The notes beneath the pieces are model-generated. The model made no database searches. It saw nothing but the letters and a program-made list of their open reading frames with translations, and was not told the origin of the DNA. The position numbers were made by a program, and so were the translations under genes. 64,000 nt of DNA from Candidatus Shapirobacteria bacterium (GTDB lineage Bacteria; Patescibacteriota; Microgenomatia; UBA12405), in the NCBI GenBank assembly GCA_041665485.1, contig JBAYIT010000002.1, forward strand, positions 261,867 through 325,866. The letters are read 5' to 3'. Shown in pieces: positions 9,892 to 18,528 of the stretch; positions within the stretch are counted from its first letter, which is position 1; each line of letters opens with the position of its first letter.

Positions 9892-11169
9892 CTATTTTGC
9901 CAGATCGATTTCTTTTTCGTTGATATCGCCACAGATGGCAAGCAATGATCTGGCCGGATCGAGGTATTTGGTTGCTGTAGTTTTGACCAGGTCGCAATCG
10001 ACTTTCTCAAGATCTTTAGTGTATTCTTGAACTGTCCACGGTTTGTTACTGTCGATAAATTGTTTGTAGGCATGGAAATTTACGATTGATTCAGATGTTT
10101 GAAGGTTAAGTCGGCTTGATTTAATAATCTTGTTTTTTACAAACTCAAGTTCTTGTGTTGATAAACCAACTTCTGTCAGAGTAGTTAACTCTGACTCGAT
10201 TAATTCGATGACTTTTTGAAAGTTGGACTTGGAAGTTGCAGTTTGAAAACCCCATACACCACCGTCAAATAACTGGTCGTGCCATGAATTGATACCATAG
10301 ATCAAACCATTTTCGTAACGAAGTCGGGTAATTAGCTTTGAAGAGCGACTGGATGCTAAAGCTTGTATCATAATAGATAAGGCAGGATTTAAGGAATTAA
10401 AAATATTACCAGTCCTAAAGGCATAGGAAAAAGTGATTTGGTCGTTTTGGCTAAACTTTTCAATCAGTACTCTTTTTTTTTGGTTTATCTCTAAATCTTT
10501 TTTGGGAGTTTTGATAATAAACTTTATCGATTCCAAAAATGCGAATTCATTTTTGATTACATCAATTGAAATGTCGCCACTGGTGACAAGAACCATCTGA
10601 CCAGTTAGTATATTATTCTGATAATAAAATAGGATGTCTTCTTTTTTAATACTTTTAATTGACTCCTCTGTTCCCAAAGTTGATCTGCCTAAAATGGTGT
10701 TTTGAAAAAATAGCTGACGATTTACGGTACCAATTGCCTTACTAGGATTTGATTTTCGATCAGAAAGTTCACGGTAGATTGCTTGGCGTTCGTTTTCAAT
10801 TATCTTATCTTCAAAGATCGGATTAAAGATTATTTCTTTTAGGACTTCCGAGGCAATGGGGATGTCGTGGGGATCACCAAGAGACAAATTGATGGTTAAA
10901 TTATCCATGCCAGTGACGGCACCAAGAATTCCGCCATTATTTTCAACGTAAGAAGCCAGTTTGTCTTTGGATGGATGTTTTTTAGTACCAGCTACCAATA
11001 GATGTTCTAAAAAATGAGAAGAACCTTCAATATCGTCAAATCGGGAGCCAGCAAAAAAAAGGCATCGTATGGCCAATGGTGCGCCACTTCGACGAAAATT
11101 AACAATTTTAATACCGTTTTTTAATTTGACTGTTTCGAGAGAAAGATTAAGATCACTTAATTTAAGCAT
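9892..11169 (-). CDS. M16 family (insulinase/pitrilysin) zinc peptidase
   Basis: GSRFD..EGSSHFLEHLL (HxxEH), downstream Glu, SSKL..RLRYENGLIY motif. Confidence 0.92.
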   Translation of the reverse strand: MLKLSDLNLSLETVKLKNGIKIVNFRRSGAPLAIRCLFFAGSRFDDIEGSSHFLEHLLVAGTKKHPSKDKLASYVENNGGILGAVTGMDNLTINLSLGDPHDIPIASEVLKEIIFNPIFEDKIIENERQAIYRELSDRKSNPSKAIGTVNRQLFFQNTILGRSTLGTEESIKSIKKEDILFYYQNNILTGQMVLVTSGDISIDVIKNEFAFLESIKFIIKTPKKDLEINQKKRVLIEKFSQNDQITFSYAFRTGNIFNSLNPALSIMIQALASSRSSKLITRLRYENGLIYGINSWHDQLFDGGVWGFQTATSKSNFQKVIELIESELTTLTEVGLSTQELEFVKNKIIKSSRLNLQTSESIVNFHAYKQFIDSNKPWTVQEYTKDLEKVDCDLVKTTATKYLDPARSLLAICGDINEKEIDLAK

Positions 11170-11318
11170 ATATATGACAATAATAGCATTTGTGTGTGAA
11201 GAGCGGGAGGAATTGGAATAAAATTTTGTTTTGTTTTTTTTATTTTTGTTCCTCCCGCCCAGCGGGAGGAGTGCTTGGAATTTCTCCCAAACACTCCAAC
11301 CGTTACGGGTTGACCAGA

Positions 11319-11462
11319 CTAGCCTTCGTAGCTACCTGAGTCGTAGCTGCTGTCGCTGTCGCCGGCGCTTGAACCATCGCTCGATGGACCATTGCCCATA
11401 TCAGAGCCGGTATCGCCATCGCCTGGATCACATGCCATCAAAAACTTGTGAAGCTTGTACAT
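11319..11462 (-). CDS. Unannotated 47-aa Asp/Ser/Gly-rich peptide
   Basis: AAGGAG 6 nt before ATG; MYKLHKFLMACDPGDGDTGSDMGNGPSSDGSSAGDSDSSYDSGSYEG*; upstream TTGTAA-16-TAGAAT (11660-11633). Confidence 0.7.
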   Translation of the reverse strand: MYKLHKFLMACDPGDGDTGSDMGNGPSSDGSSAGDSDSSYDSGSYEG

Positions 11463-11690
11463 GATTTTCTCCTTTTACTGGACTTGTGGTTTGATCGATC
11501 AACGAGATACTGAGGTGTGGTTTCTTGGTTGTTTTTTATCTTTCGATAAACAACTCCTTTCTGGGTTTAACCCGATTGTAAAAGAACCTTTGTCGTTTTG
11601 CATGCTGAGCGTTTTCAGTTGCACGACATCATATTCTACCATAAGATACGTAATTTACAATATATCTGGTTAGTATGTATCGTGTATGTA

Positions 11691-12530
11691 TTACTTAATC
11701 CCGTAATGGTCGAAAAATATTTCCATCGGAGAACGAAAAGATAAAACTCGGAGTGGAAAACAATCAACAAGTTGGTTTAGGTCGTTAGCTTTAGGTAATG
11801 ATTCTTGGAATTGTCGATATCTTTCTATGTTTACACCTCCATCATTGGACAAAAATTGTCCCCAAAGAGAATTGCTGCGAAAATTTAATTCAGGAGGTCG
11901 GACGGTTGTAGCATTATCAACGAAAGCAGATGGTAACGAGGCTATGACCCCTGGAAAGCTATTCATCCAAGAAACTAAAGTTACCCATTTAGGATTAAAT
12001 GAATTGTTGTTTTGAATTCGATTGCGGACAGATTGAAATAATCTAGTTAAATCTTGGATTCTATCCGATGTAAATTGCCTTGAAAAATCACTTTTGGGTT
12101 GACCTCGACGCTGGTTTACGAAATGTATTTCTACTTTTTGGTCGCCGGTTGGTCGGTCAATTGCCAGTTTTTGGACAAAGCTTCCAAAATATTCACCCTC
12201 AAATTGATTCGATTTGTCGTTATATATACTGTGAGGCTGTCTAGTATAAAATTGCCAAGTTTGATCGGTGGTGTCTTGATCTTCCGACAGTCCTTTGGCA
12301 AATTCGATCCATTTTGGGTCGGATCCTTTTGAAGATGGATTTCTGCCAACCAAATGACGGTATATAACTGTATAGTTGAGAATGGAACTCTGAATATCGG
12401 GTGACAATCCTAATTGTAATACTCTGTCTGCAAAAGATGTTTGTGCTTGAAAATAACCTTTTGAATACACGTAAAGTGTCGGTTGATACAATTCTATTTC
12501 TGAACTTTTGGACATGACATATTGTATCAA
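11691..12530 (-). CDS. Hypothetical protein
   Basis: 279-aa globular-looking ORF; no family recognised with confidence. Confidence 0.75.
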   Translation of the reverse strand: MIQYVMSKSSEIELYQPTLYVYSKGYFQAQTSFADRVLQLGLSPDIQSSILNYTVIYRHLVGRNPSSKGSDPKWIEFAKGLSEDQDTTDQTWQFYTRQPHSIYNDKSNQFEGEYFGSFVQKLAIDRPTGDQKVEIHFVNQRRGQPKSDFSRQFTSDRIQDLTRLFQSVRNRIQNNNSFNPKWVTLVSWMNSFPGVIASLPSAFVDNATTVRPPELNFRSNSLWGQFLSNDGGVNIERYRQFQESLPKANDLNQLVDCFPLRVLSFRSPMEIFFDHYGIK

Positions 12531-12729
12531 ATATCCTGTGGTTACGTAGATATTTTTAAGTTATCTGTCTTCCCAACCAAATCCATAATCTCGACAAACA
12601 TTTAGTAGTAACAATGGTTACTACCGGTAATTATATACTGGATTATAACCTTCCTCCTTCCTTAGGCTAACAAACTGAGGAAAAGGGGAGTAGATATTCC
12701 TTATCAAATTATATAGAGAAAAGAAAAAT

Positions 12730-12779
12730 CATTTCACCCCCAAATCAAGCAGGAAAATATGTACATATTGACTGTGTAT
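12730..12779. repeat. 50-bp direct repeat, copy 2 (partner 9786-9835)
   Basis: Read directly; offset 2944 bp. Confidence 0.9.
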
Positions 12780-12801
12780 TAAATATCAATTCCCCACTTT
12801 T

Positions 12802-13119
12802 TTACCCACTAGCCAAAGTGTAATACCTATCCTCCAAATCTTGTGGCAACATCGCCACCGGCTCAATTAACACATTATATTTATTGCCAATCATTGCCAT
12901 TTTTACCCGATCGTCATATCTGTCTTTTATATTTTTAGAAATTACACAAACATCAATATCACTGTCTCTTGTTTGTTTGCCCTTAGCCCACGACCCAAAC
13001 AAAACACACCTCGCATCAGCACAGCCACTTTCCCTAATATCTTTTTTAAACAATTGCAGCATTTTTATTATTTTTTTAAAATTTGCCCTTTCAACCGCCT
13101 TTTTCTTTTCCATAACCAA
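12802..13119 (-). CDS. Minimal nucleotidyltransferase (MNT/MntA-like), C-terminus probably frameshifted
   Basis: LFGSWAKG-x5-SDID motif. Confidence 0.85.
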   Translation of the reverse strand: MVMEKKKAVERANFKKIIKMLQLFKKDIRESGCADARCVLFGSWAKGKQTRDSDIDVCVISKNIKDRYDDRVKMAMIGNKYNVLIEPVAMLPQDLEDRYYTLASG

Positions 13120-13191
13120 TTATCTCTTATTTCTTATCTCTTACTGCACCCGTCTACTGACGGGTCTCTTATTTCTTAGTATAATCATCCC

Positions 13192-14406
13192 ATGTCCCAC
13201 AAACGCAATATCTTAATGATCTGCCCCTATCTACCCCGCCTCTCCCAATCCGGTGGCCAAAGAAGTTCCTATTATTCAATCAAATATCTGGCTCCAAAAA
13301 ATAAAATCACTCTCATTTGTTTTAGTCGCGACGAAGACGGCCTGAAAGACATAAAACAGTTTTGTCACAAGGTTATCGTCGTCAAACGGGGAAAAACCTG
13401 GGACCTAAAAAAAGTTCTCATGGCCGCTTTTAGTCCTTACCCCTTCCTGGTTGTCAACTACATTAGCCAGGAACTAAAAACAACTATTCAAAACGAGCTC
13501 GATCACCACCATTTCGACCTCATTCACTGTGACTGTTTCTACCCTATGCCCAATATTCCCAAAACCGAGGTTCCCATCGTTTTAGTCGATCTTACCATTG
13601 AATATTCTGTTTATCAGCACTTTGTTGAAAGCCTTAAAGGTATTAAAAAACTCCTCACTCCCATTCTTCAGCTTGATGTTCTTAAATTAAAATATTGGGA
13701 AACCCATTATTGGAAAAATTCCCACACCGTTGTTGCCTTTGGTCAGGACGATCAAAAAATTATTTCTCAAGTCACCGGCCGAAAAGACATTCAATATTTC
13801 CAAAACGGTGTCGACCAGAAATATATTGATGCTTCCATTAAAACCCCAAAAACTAAAAAGCCATCCATTCTTTTTGGTGTTTCCAACATGAAGTGGATGC
13901 AAAACAGCGAATCAGTTGACCTAATTCTTAAAAAATACTGGAGTAAAATCAAAAAACAAATTCCTGCCTGCCAGCTCTATATTGTTGGCCGGTTTGCTCC
14001 GGAATTCTTTGGTAAATACCAGTCAAAAGATATCATAGTCACCGAAGCTGATATTGATGGAGAAGCCCACGATCCTCAGTTTTATTACCAGCAAAGTTGG
14101 CTTTTGCTCGCCCCCATGGCCAGTGGCGGCGGCACCCGCAATAAATTCCTCGAAGCCATGGCCTTTAGTCTCCCCATCATTACCACCAAAGACGGCATGG
14201 GTGGCATAAACATTGAAAATTATCGTCACGCCATTGTTTGTCCGGAAAAGGACATTGTCAAAAATGTCGTTAAACTGGTTAAAAATAAAAAGTATCGTGG
14301 GCAAATAGGGGATGATGCCAAAAAGTTAATCGCCGATAAATACAGCTTTGAAAAATGTGTTGAAGGCCTAAACCAAATCTACGACTCCATCACCACCAAT
14401 ATCTAA
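13192..14406 (+). CDS. Glycosyltransferase family 4
   Basis: SGGQ N-terminal loop; GTRNKFLEAMAFSLPIITT motif. Confidence 0.9.
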   Translation: MSHKRNILMICPYLPRLSQSGGQRSSYYSIKYLAPKNKITLICFSRDEDGLKDIKQFCHKVIVVKRGKTWDLKKVLMAAFSPYPFLVVNYISQELKTTIQNELDHHHFDLIHCDCFYPMPNIPKTEVPIVLVDLTIEYSVYQHFVESLKGIKKLLTPILQLDVLKLKYWETHYWKNSHTVVAFGQDDQKIISQVTGRKDIQYFQNGVDQKYIDASIKTPKTKKPSILFGVSNMKWMQNSESVDLILKKYWSKIKKQIPACQLYIVGRFAPEFFGKYQSKDIIVTEADIDGEAHDPQFYYQQSWLLLAPMASGGGTRNKFLEAMAFSLPIITTKDGMGGINIENYRHAIVCPEKDIVKNVVKLVKNKKYRGQIGDDAKKLIADKYSFEKCVEGLNQIYDSITTNI

Positions 14407-14430
14407 GATCTAGGATCTAAGAACTAAGAT

Positions 14431-14931
14431 CTAATTCCTCAGTGTTACTCTCGATTCAAAAACCTTACTAACAAAATCTTTGACCCCGCCACTGGCATTA
14501 CCCGCGCTCAATACAAATTTCACCACTATTCCCGACACTGGCCCTAGCGCCCCGTTCTCACATCTCACAAACTCATCACATCCCGACAATATTACCTCCC
14601 CTCCGGTTAATTTGGCCGAATTTGAAGCTACCCTTCCGGCATTATCACATTTGAGGAGTGTTTCCTCGCCGTCCCTAACACTATCAAAACTTAAGCTACT
14701 GCCCACCCCAACAGGGCAAACCACCGTCTCCTTATTGGCATTAAGTAAATTTTTTCTAATTTCTTCCAAAGCATAATTGCCGTTAGCCGACAATAAATCA
14801 GTCATCCTAGTTAAGTTTCTGGCCTGCAGGCTACTAAGTAAAATTCCCGTCACCGCCACCATCATCAATCCAATTATCCCCGTCACCACCACCATTTCAA
14901 TCAGTGTAAATCCCCGCCTATTTTTTTTCAT
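14431..14931 (-). CDS. Minor pilin (PilW-like)
   Basis: RRG/FTLIE prepilin motif. Confidence 0.85.
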   Translation of the reverse strand: MKKNRRGFTLIEMVVVTGIIGLMMVAVTGILLSSLQARNLTRMTDLLSANGNYALEEIRKNLLNANKETVVCPVGVGSSLSFDSVRDGEETLLKCDNAGRVASNSAKLTGGEVILSGCDEFVRCENGALGPVSGIVVKFVLSAGNASGGVKDFVSKVFESRVTLRN

Positions 14932-14979
14932 TTTTTAAAATTTAGAATTTAAAGTTGTTTAGAAATTAGAAATTGGAAA

Positions 14980-15390
14980 TTAGAAATTTTTACTGAAAAA
15001 CCTCTTAACTTCTAAATAATTATCTTTTTTGTCTGTCCAACTTACTCCCACCGTTGCTTCAACACAGTCAGTCACTCCGATATTGCAACTCGGGCTAGCG
15101 CTGGACAAGGAAAAACCTATCGAATAAGTGTAATTATTAAAACTACTCATTGTTTGGGAACTAACTTCGTTCAATTGCCAAAAAATCGCCGGATTATTGG
15201 TTTTATCGTTAATTAAATTTTCCATTACCGTTTCTGCCAATCTCGTTGCCTTTTTTCTCGCCAACCCCTGGCTTCGAGCCGATACCGACATCAACAGAGC
15301 AATCACGGCCCCGGTTAAAAACAACACAATTATCACCACCGAAAATACCACCTCCACCAAACTCTGTCCTTTGTCTTTATTGGCCATCAA
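14980..15390 (-). CDS. Minor pilin (PilV-like)
   Basis: KG/QSLVE prepilin motif; AETVME. Confidence 0.8.
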   Translation of the reverse strand: MMANKDKGQSLVEVVFSVVIIVLFLTGAVIALLMSVSARSQGLARKKATRLAETVMENLINDKTNNPAIFWQLNEVSSQTMSSFNNYTYSIGFSLSSASPSCNIGVTDCVEATVGVSWTDKKDNYLEVKRFFSKNF

Positions 15391-15865
15391 TTAGTCCATT
15401 AGAACTAATAACCACCGTCGCTGTTGTTCCCATTCCCGAAGTCACCGTTACGGTATAAGAATTTCCAAAATCAACCACTTTTCCTGCTCCATCAATCATC
15501 ACTAATTTAGTTTCATATGGCAAAAATAATATTCTTCCACTCGGTGTCTGGCTTATAGTAACTCCTTCCTGTGTCACATCTTTACTTACATAAGTAACCG
15601 CCTCTGAGTCATCAACCGCCAGAATTAACCCATTAGTCGCTATCGTCACCGCCACGTAATTAATTTCTCTATTTGTTGGCCCCTTGGCTGTTCTGGCCGC
15701 ATTCCTTGCTAGTCTTAAACTGGCCACCAACTCATCTCTGGCTGTCACTACTTTTTGTTTTTCGTTAAAAGTATTTAAAGCCACCCCGCCCCCTCCCGCC
15801 AGCACCATGATCAATGCCGTCACCACCACCAATTCAATCAAACTCATTCCTTTTCTTCTTTTCAC
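15377..15865 (-). CDS. Minor pilin (FimT/FimU-like)
   Basis: KG/MSLIE; LVASLRLARNAA. Confidence 0.8.
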   Translation of the reverse strand: MKRRKGMSLIELVVVTALIMVLAGGGGVALNTFNEKQKVVTARDELVASLRLARNAARTAKGPTNREINYVAVTIATNGLILAVDDSEAVTYVSKDVTQEGVTISQTPSGRILFLPYETKLVMIDGAGKVVDFGNSYTVTVTSGMGTTATVVISSNGLIDGQ

Positions 15866-15903
15866 TTTTTGGACTTTCTAACTTTCTAACTTTTTGGACT
15901 AAA

Positions 15904-16275
15904 TTATGGGTTCGTCACCCGATAGTTATATCCACCTCCATAATCTCCCGTCGTCGACCCCACATCCTCCATCGTTGCATCCAAAGTGTAGACATAACCG
16001 CCACCAGAATAAAGATAACTTCCACCTTTTGGATCTTTCGGCAGTGCCTGAATATAATCCGGCACCAAGCGATCATCATCACTTGGATAAGTCACTCCTA
16101 CTTGTCTAATCATCTCCAGCGCCACTCTAATTTTTTCCAAATCGGCCATTCTTCTCGAATCCCGGCCCCTCTTCCCCGCCCCGGCAAAGCTAACCGACAC
16201 TAGTGCCGTAATCACCGCCATAATTGTTATCACCACCACCAATTCAATCAAACTAAACCCTCTTTTGCTTTTCAC
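15904..16275 (-). CDS. GspG-like pilin
   Basis: RG/FSLIE; GRDSRRMADL; YP and PKDP motifs. Confidence 0.88.
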   Translation of the reverse strand: MKSKRGFSLIELVVVITIMAVITALVSVSFAGAGKRGRDSRRMADLEKIRVALEMIRQVGVTYPSDDDRLVPDYIQALPKDPKGGSYLYSGGGYVYTLDATMEDVGSTTGDYGGGYNYRVTNP

Positions 16276-16304
16276 CTTATAAACTTTATAAACTTTTAAC
16301 TTGT

Positions 16305-16730
16305 TTATTGTTGACTCTTAACACAAAAATAATTCTTTAATCCTGCCGATCTAAAACCACATACTGAATTCGCCGCATTCCCTTTACCCGCTTCTTCCAA
16401 CAGGGCACAAACACAGTAAATACCATCGGGAAAATTCGAAGTATAAACATAGTCACCACTATTTTTTGGATCAACCGGAAAATTATACATTATCGCCGTC
16501 CCGCTTGCCTCTGCCCAAGGCATCGTTATACTTGTTGGATAGGTGTAATTGTTAGCCGAATAATATTGTTCCGCCGCTTTTTGAATCGTGTTCATGTCGG
16601 TCACTCTCCGCGAATCCCTCGCCTTCTTTTGGGCGCTGGAAAATGAAAACGCCACCACCGCCGTCAAAATTCCAATAATCGAAATACTTACTAATAATTC
16701 AAATAACGTAAACCCATTCTTTCTTTTCAC
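16305..16730 (-). CDS. GspG-like pilin
   Basis: NG/FTLFE; ARDSRRVTD; PVDP; C-terminal Cys. Confidence 0.88.
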   Translation of the reverse strand: MKRKNGFTLFELLVSISIIGILTAVVAFSFSSAQKKARDSRRVTDMNTIQKAAEQYYSANNYTYPTSITMPWAEASGTAIMYNFPVDPKNSGDYVYTSNFPDGIYCVCALLEEAGKGNAANSVCGFRSAGLKNYFCVKSQQ

Positions 16731-16763
16731 TTTATAAACTTTATAAACTTGTAACTTTATAAA

Positions 16764-17210
16764 CTAATTCCCGCATACAACATATAAATTAGTCTCCACT
16801 GTCAATCCAATCCCACAAACCTTGTGAGTTGCATCCTGGCAGTTAAGTTGCGATCGACTATTGTCTCCGCCCACCTCTCCTCCCAGCCCCACACACAGCT
16901 GAAATCCATCACCACCGTTAATCTGGCTATAAGTAAAACCGATTTGGCCAATATTAGGTAAATAAGGGGTTAGTGTCGCCCCGACATCAACACTGGAAAG
17001 GGGATAACCTTGGGTATCATTATAAAACATTCTTAGGGCATTCTTCACTGCCACCAGGTCTTCTTTCTTCTTGGCATCTTCTGCTCTTTGTCTTGCTCCC
17101 ATAAAGTTTGGCAACAAAATCGCACTTAAAACCGCAATAATCGATATTGCCACCAACAACTCCACCAACGTAAACCCTCGTCTATGTTTGATTAGTTTTA
17201 AAAATTTCAA
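16764..17210 (-). CDS. GspG-like pilin
   Basis: RG/FTLVE; AEDAKKKEDL; four C-terminal Cys. Confidence 0.88.
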   Translation of the reverse strand: MKFLKLIKHRRGFTLVELLVAISIIAVLSAILLPNFMGARQRAEDAKKKEDLVAVKNALRMFYNDTQGYPLSSVDVGATLTPYLPNIGQIGFTYSQINGGDGFQLCVGLGGEVGGDNSRSQLNCQDATHKVCGIGLTVETNLYVVCGN

Positions 17211-17211
17211 A

Positions 17212-17252
17212 TTAAAAATTGATTAAAAATTAAAAATTTCAAATTAAAAATT
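17212..17252. repeat. AT-rich heptamer element, 40/41 identical to 22824-22864
   Basis: TTAAAAATTGATTAAAAATTAAAAATTT(C/A)AAATTAAAAATT at both sites. Confidence 0.85.
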
Positions 17253-17254
17253 TT

Positions 17255-17767
17255 CTATTCAAGTTCCCCAGTACTTGAATTTAATCTCGCATTGGGGCTG
17301 GTTATTGCAAAACAATAATCATGTGTCCCGCATTTATCCTGATACAACGGCAAACCATCCTTTAGATGGCAATCCGAATCAGCCGTATTCTCCAACATCG
17401 TATAAATAGCAAATTTAGTCGGGTTAGTATCATCAACTTCATAGCAATAGGGAGCCCAACCACTTCGGCTTTCTCTGGGCATTACTTTCATATAAATATA
17501 TTGCTGATCATCCTTAAACTCATTCGCTTCCCCCGGACTCATCACCAACAGGGAGTTTATCGCCGATTTTTTTGGAAATTTGTTGTAATCGGCATAATAC
17601 ATTAACAATGCCTTACTTACTGAGTTTATGTCACCCTTTCTTTGGGCATCTCTTGCCTTCTTCCTGGCTGTTTCAAATTGCGACACCGTAATCACTGTCA
17701 AAATCGAGATAATCGCAATCACCACCAACAACTCCACCAACGTAAACCCTCTTCTTTTTTTATTCAT
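17255..17767 (-). CDS. GspG-like pilin
   Basis: RG/FTLVE; ARDAQRKGDI. Confidence 0.88.
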   Translation of the reverse strand: MNKKRRGFTLVELLVVIAIISILTVITVSQFETARKKARDAQRKGDINSVSKALLMYYADYNKFPKKSAINSLLVMSPGEANEFKDDQQYIYMKVMPRESRSGWAPYCYEVDDTNPTKFAIYTMLENTADSDCHLKDGLPLYQDKCGTHDYCFAITSPNARLNSSTGELE

Positions 17768-17852
17768 CTTTTAAAACTTAGAACTTAAAATTTTCCAAAT
17801 TCGTTAATTCTAGATTCGTAGATTCTTGATTCATCATATACCAAATCTCTAC

Positions 17853-18524
17853 CTAGTTACAACCATCAGGCTCACCATCGCCGTTATTGTCACCACCGCC
17901 TCCACAGCAGTCAGTTTGGCAAAAAGGCGAACAGGCATCATCAGCGTAACAGGATTCACCCAAGCATCCAACCGCAACATGGCCACAACCCAAACCCCGC
18001 TTAATGTAGCATTGTGGCACTCCTTCCTGGTCGCCCGATCCGCCAAGTGTCCGCTTGCACCCCGCCAAGTCATACCACAATACATTGGTACTGGAAACAC
18101 CATAATTATAAGTCTTGTCTTCTCTTCCCGCCGGAATATCGGCGTCCTTTTTATTGTCAAGTTTAGTCAGAACCTTAAACCACTGGGGAAAGCTGTTTTC
18201 CTCCACCATTATTTTGTAAGGATTACCATGTGGGTCGCAGGGCCAACTATTTAGCCACGGAGCAAAAATACCGGTTCCGCAATTAGCTCTATCCATCAGC
18301 TTGTTCACTAAAAAATCAGGAGCTGAATTATTGGGAAAAGTTTTTTTATCATTTCTATATTCTTCAAAAGCCACTCTTATTCGGCTCAAATCTTTTTTCA
18401 TCCGGGCGTCAGTCCCTCTTTGTATCATCGCAATCGGGTTAATTGTCATCACCATAATCACCATCATGATCGCCAAAATCGCTATCACAATCATTATCTC
18501 CACCAAACTAAACCCCTTTCTCAT
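17853..18524 (-). CDS. GspG-like pilin with Cys-rich C-terminal extension
   Basis: KG/FSLVE; GTDARMKKDL; PCDP; Cys-rich tail. Confidence 0.85.
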   Translation of the reverse strand: MRKGFSLVEIMIVIAILAIMMVIMVMTINPIAMIQRGTDARMKKDLSRIRVAFEEYRNDKKTFPNNSAPDFLVNKLMDRANCGTGIFAPWLNSWPCDPHGNPYKIMVEENSFPQWFKVLTKLDNKKDADIPAGREDKTYNYGVSSTNVLWYDLAGCKRTLGGSGDQEGVPQCYIKRGLGCGHVAVGCLGESCYADDACSPFCQTDCCGGGGDNNGDGEPDGCN

Positions 18525-18528
18525 ATCT

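Noticed and set aside
11231-11673. Two + strand ORFs (77 and 72 aa)
   Set aside because: They overlap the minus-strand peptide gene and its UTRs, which have the Shine-Dalgarno and promoter support
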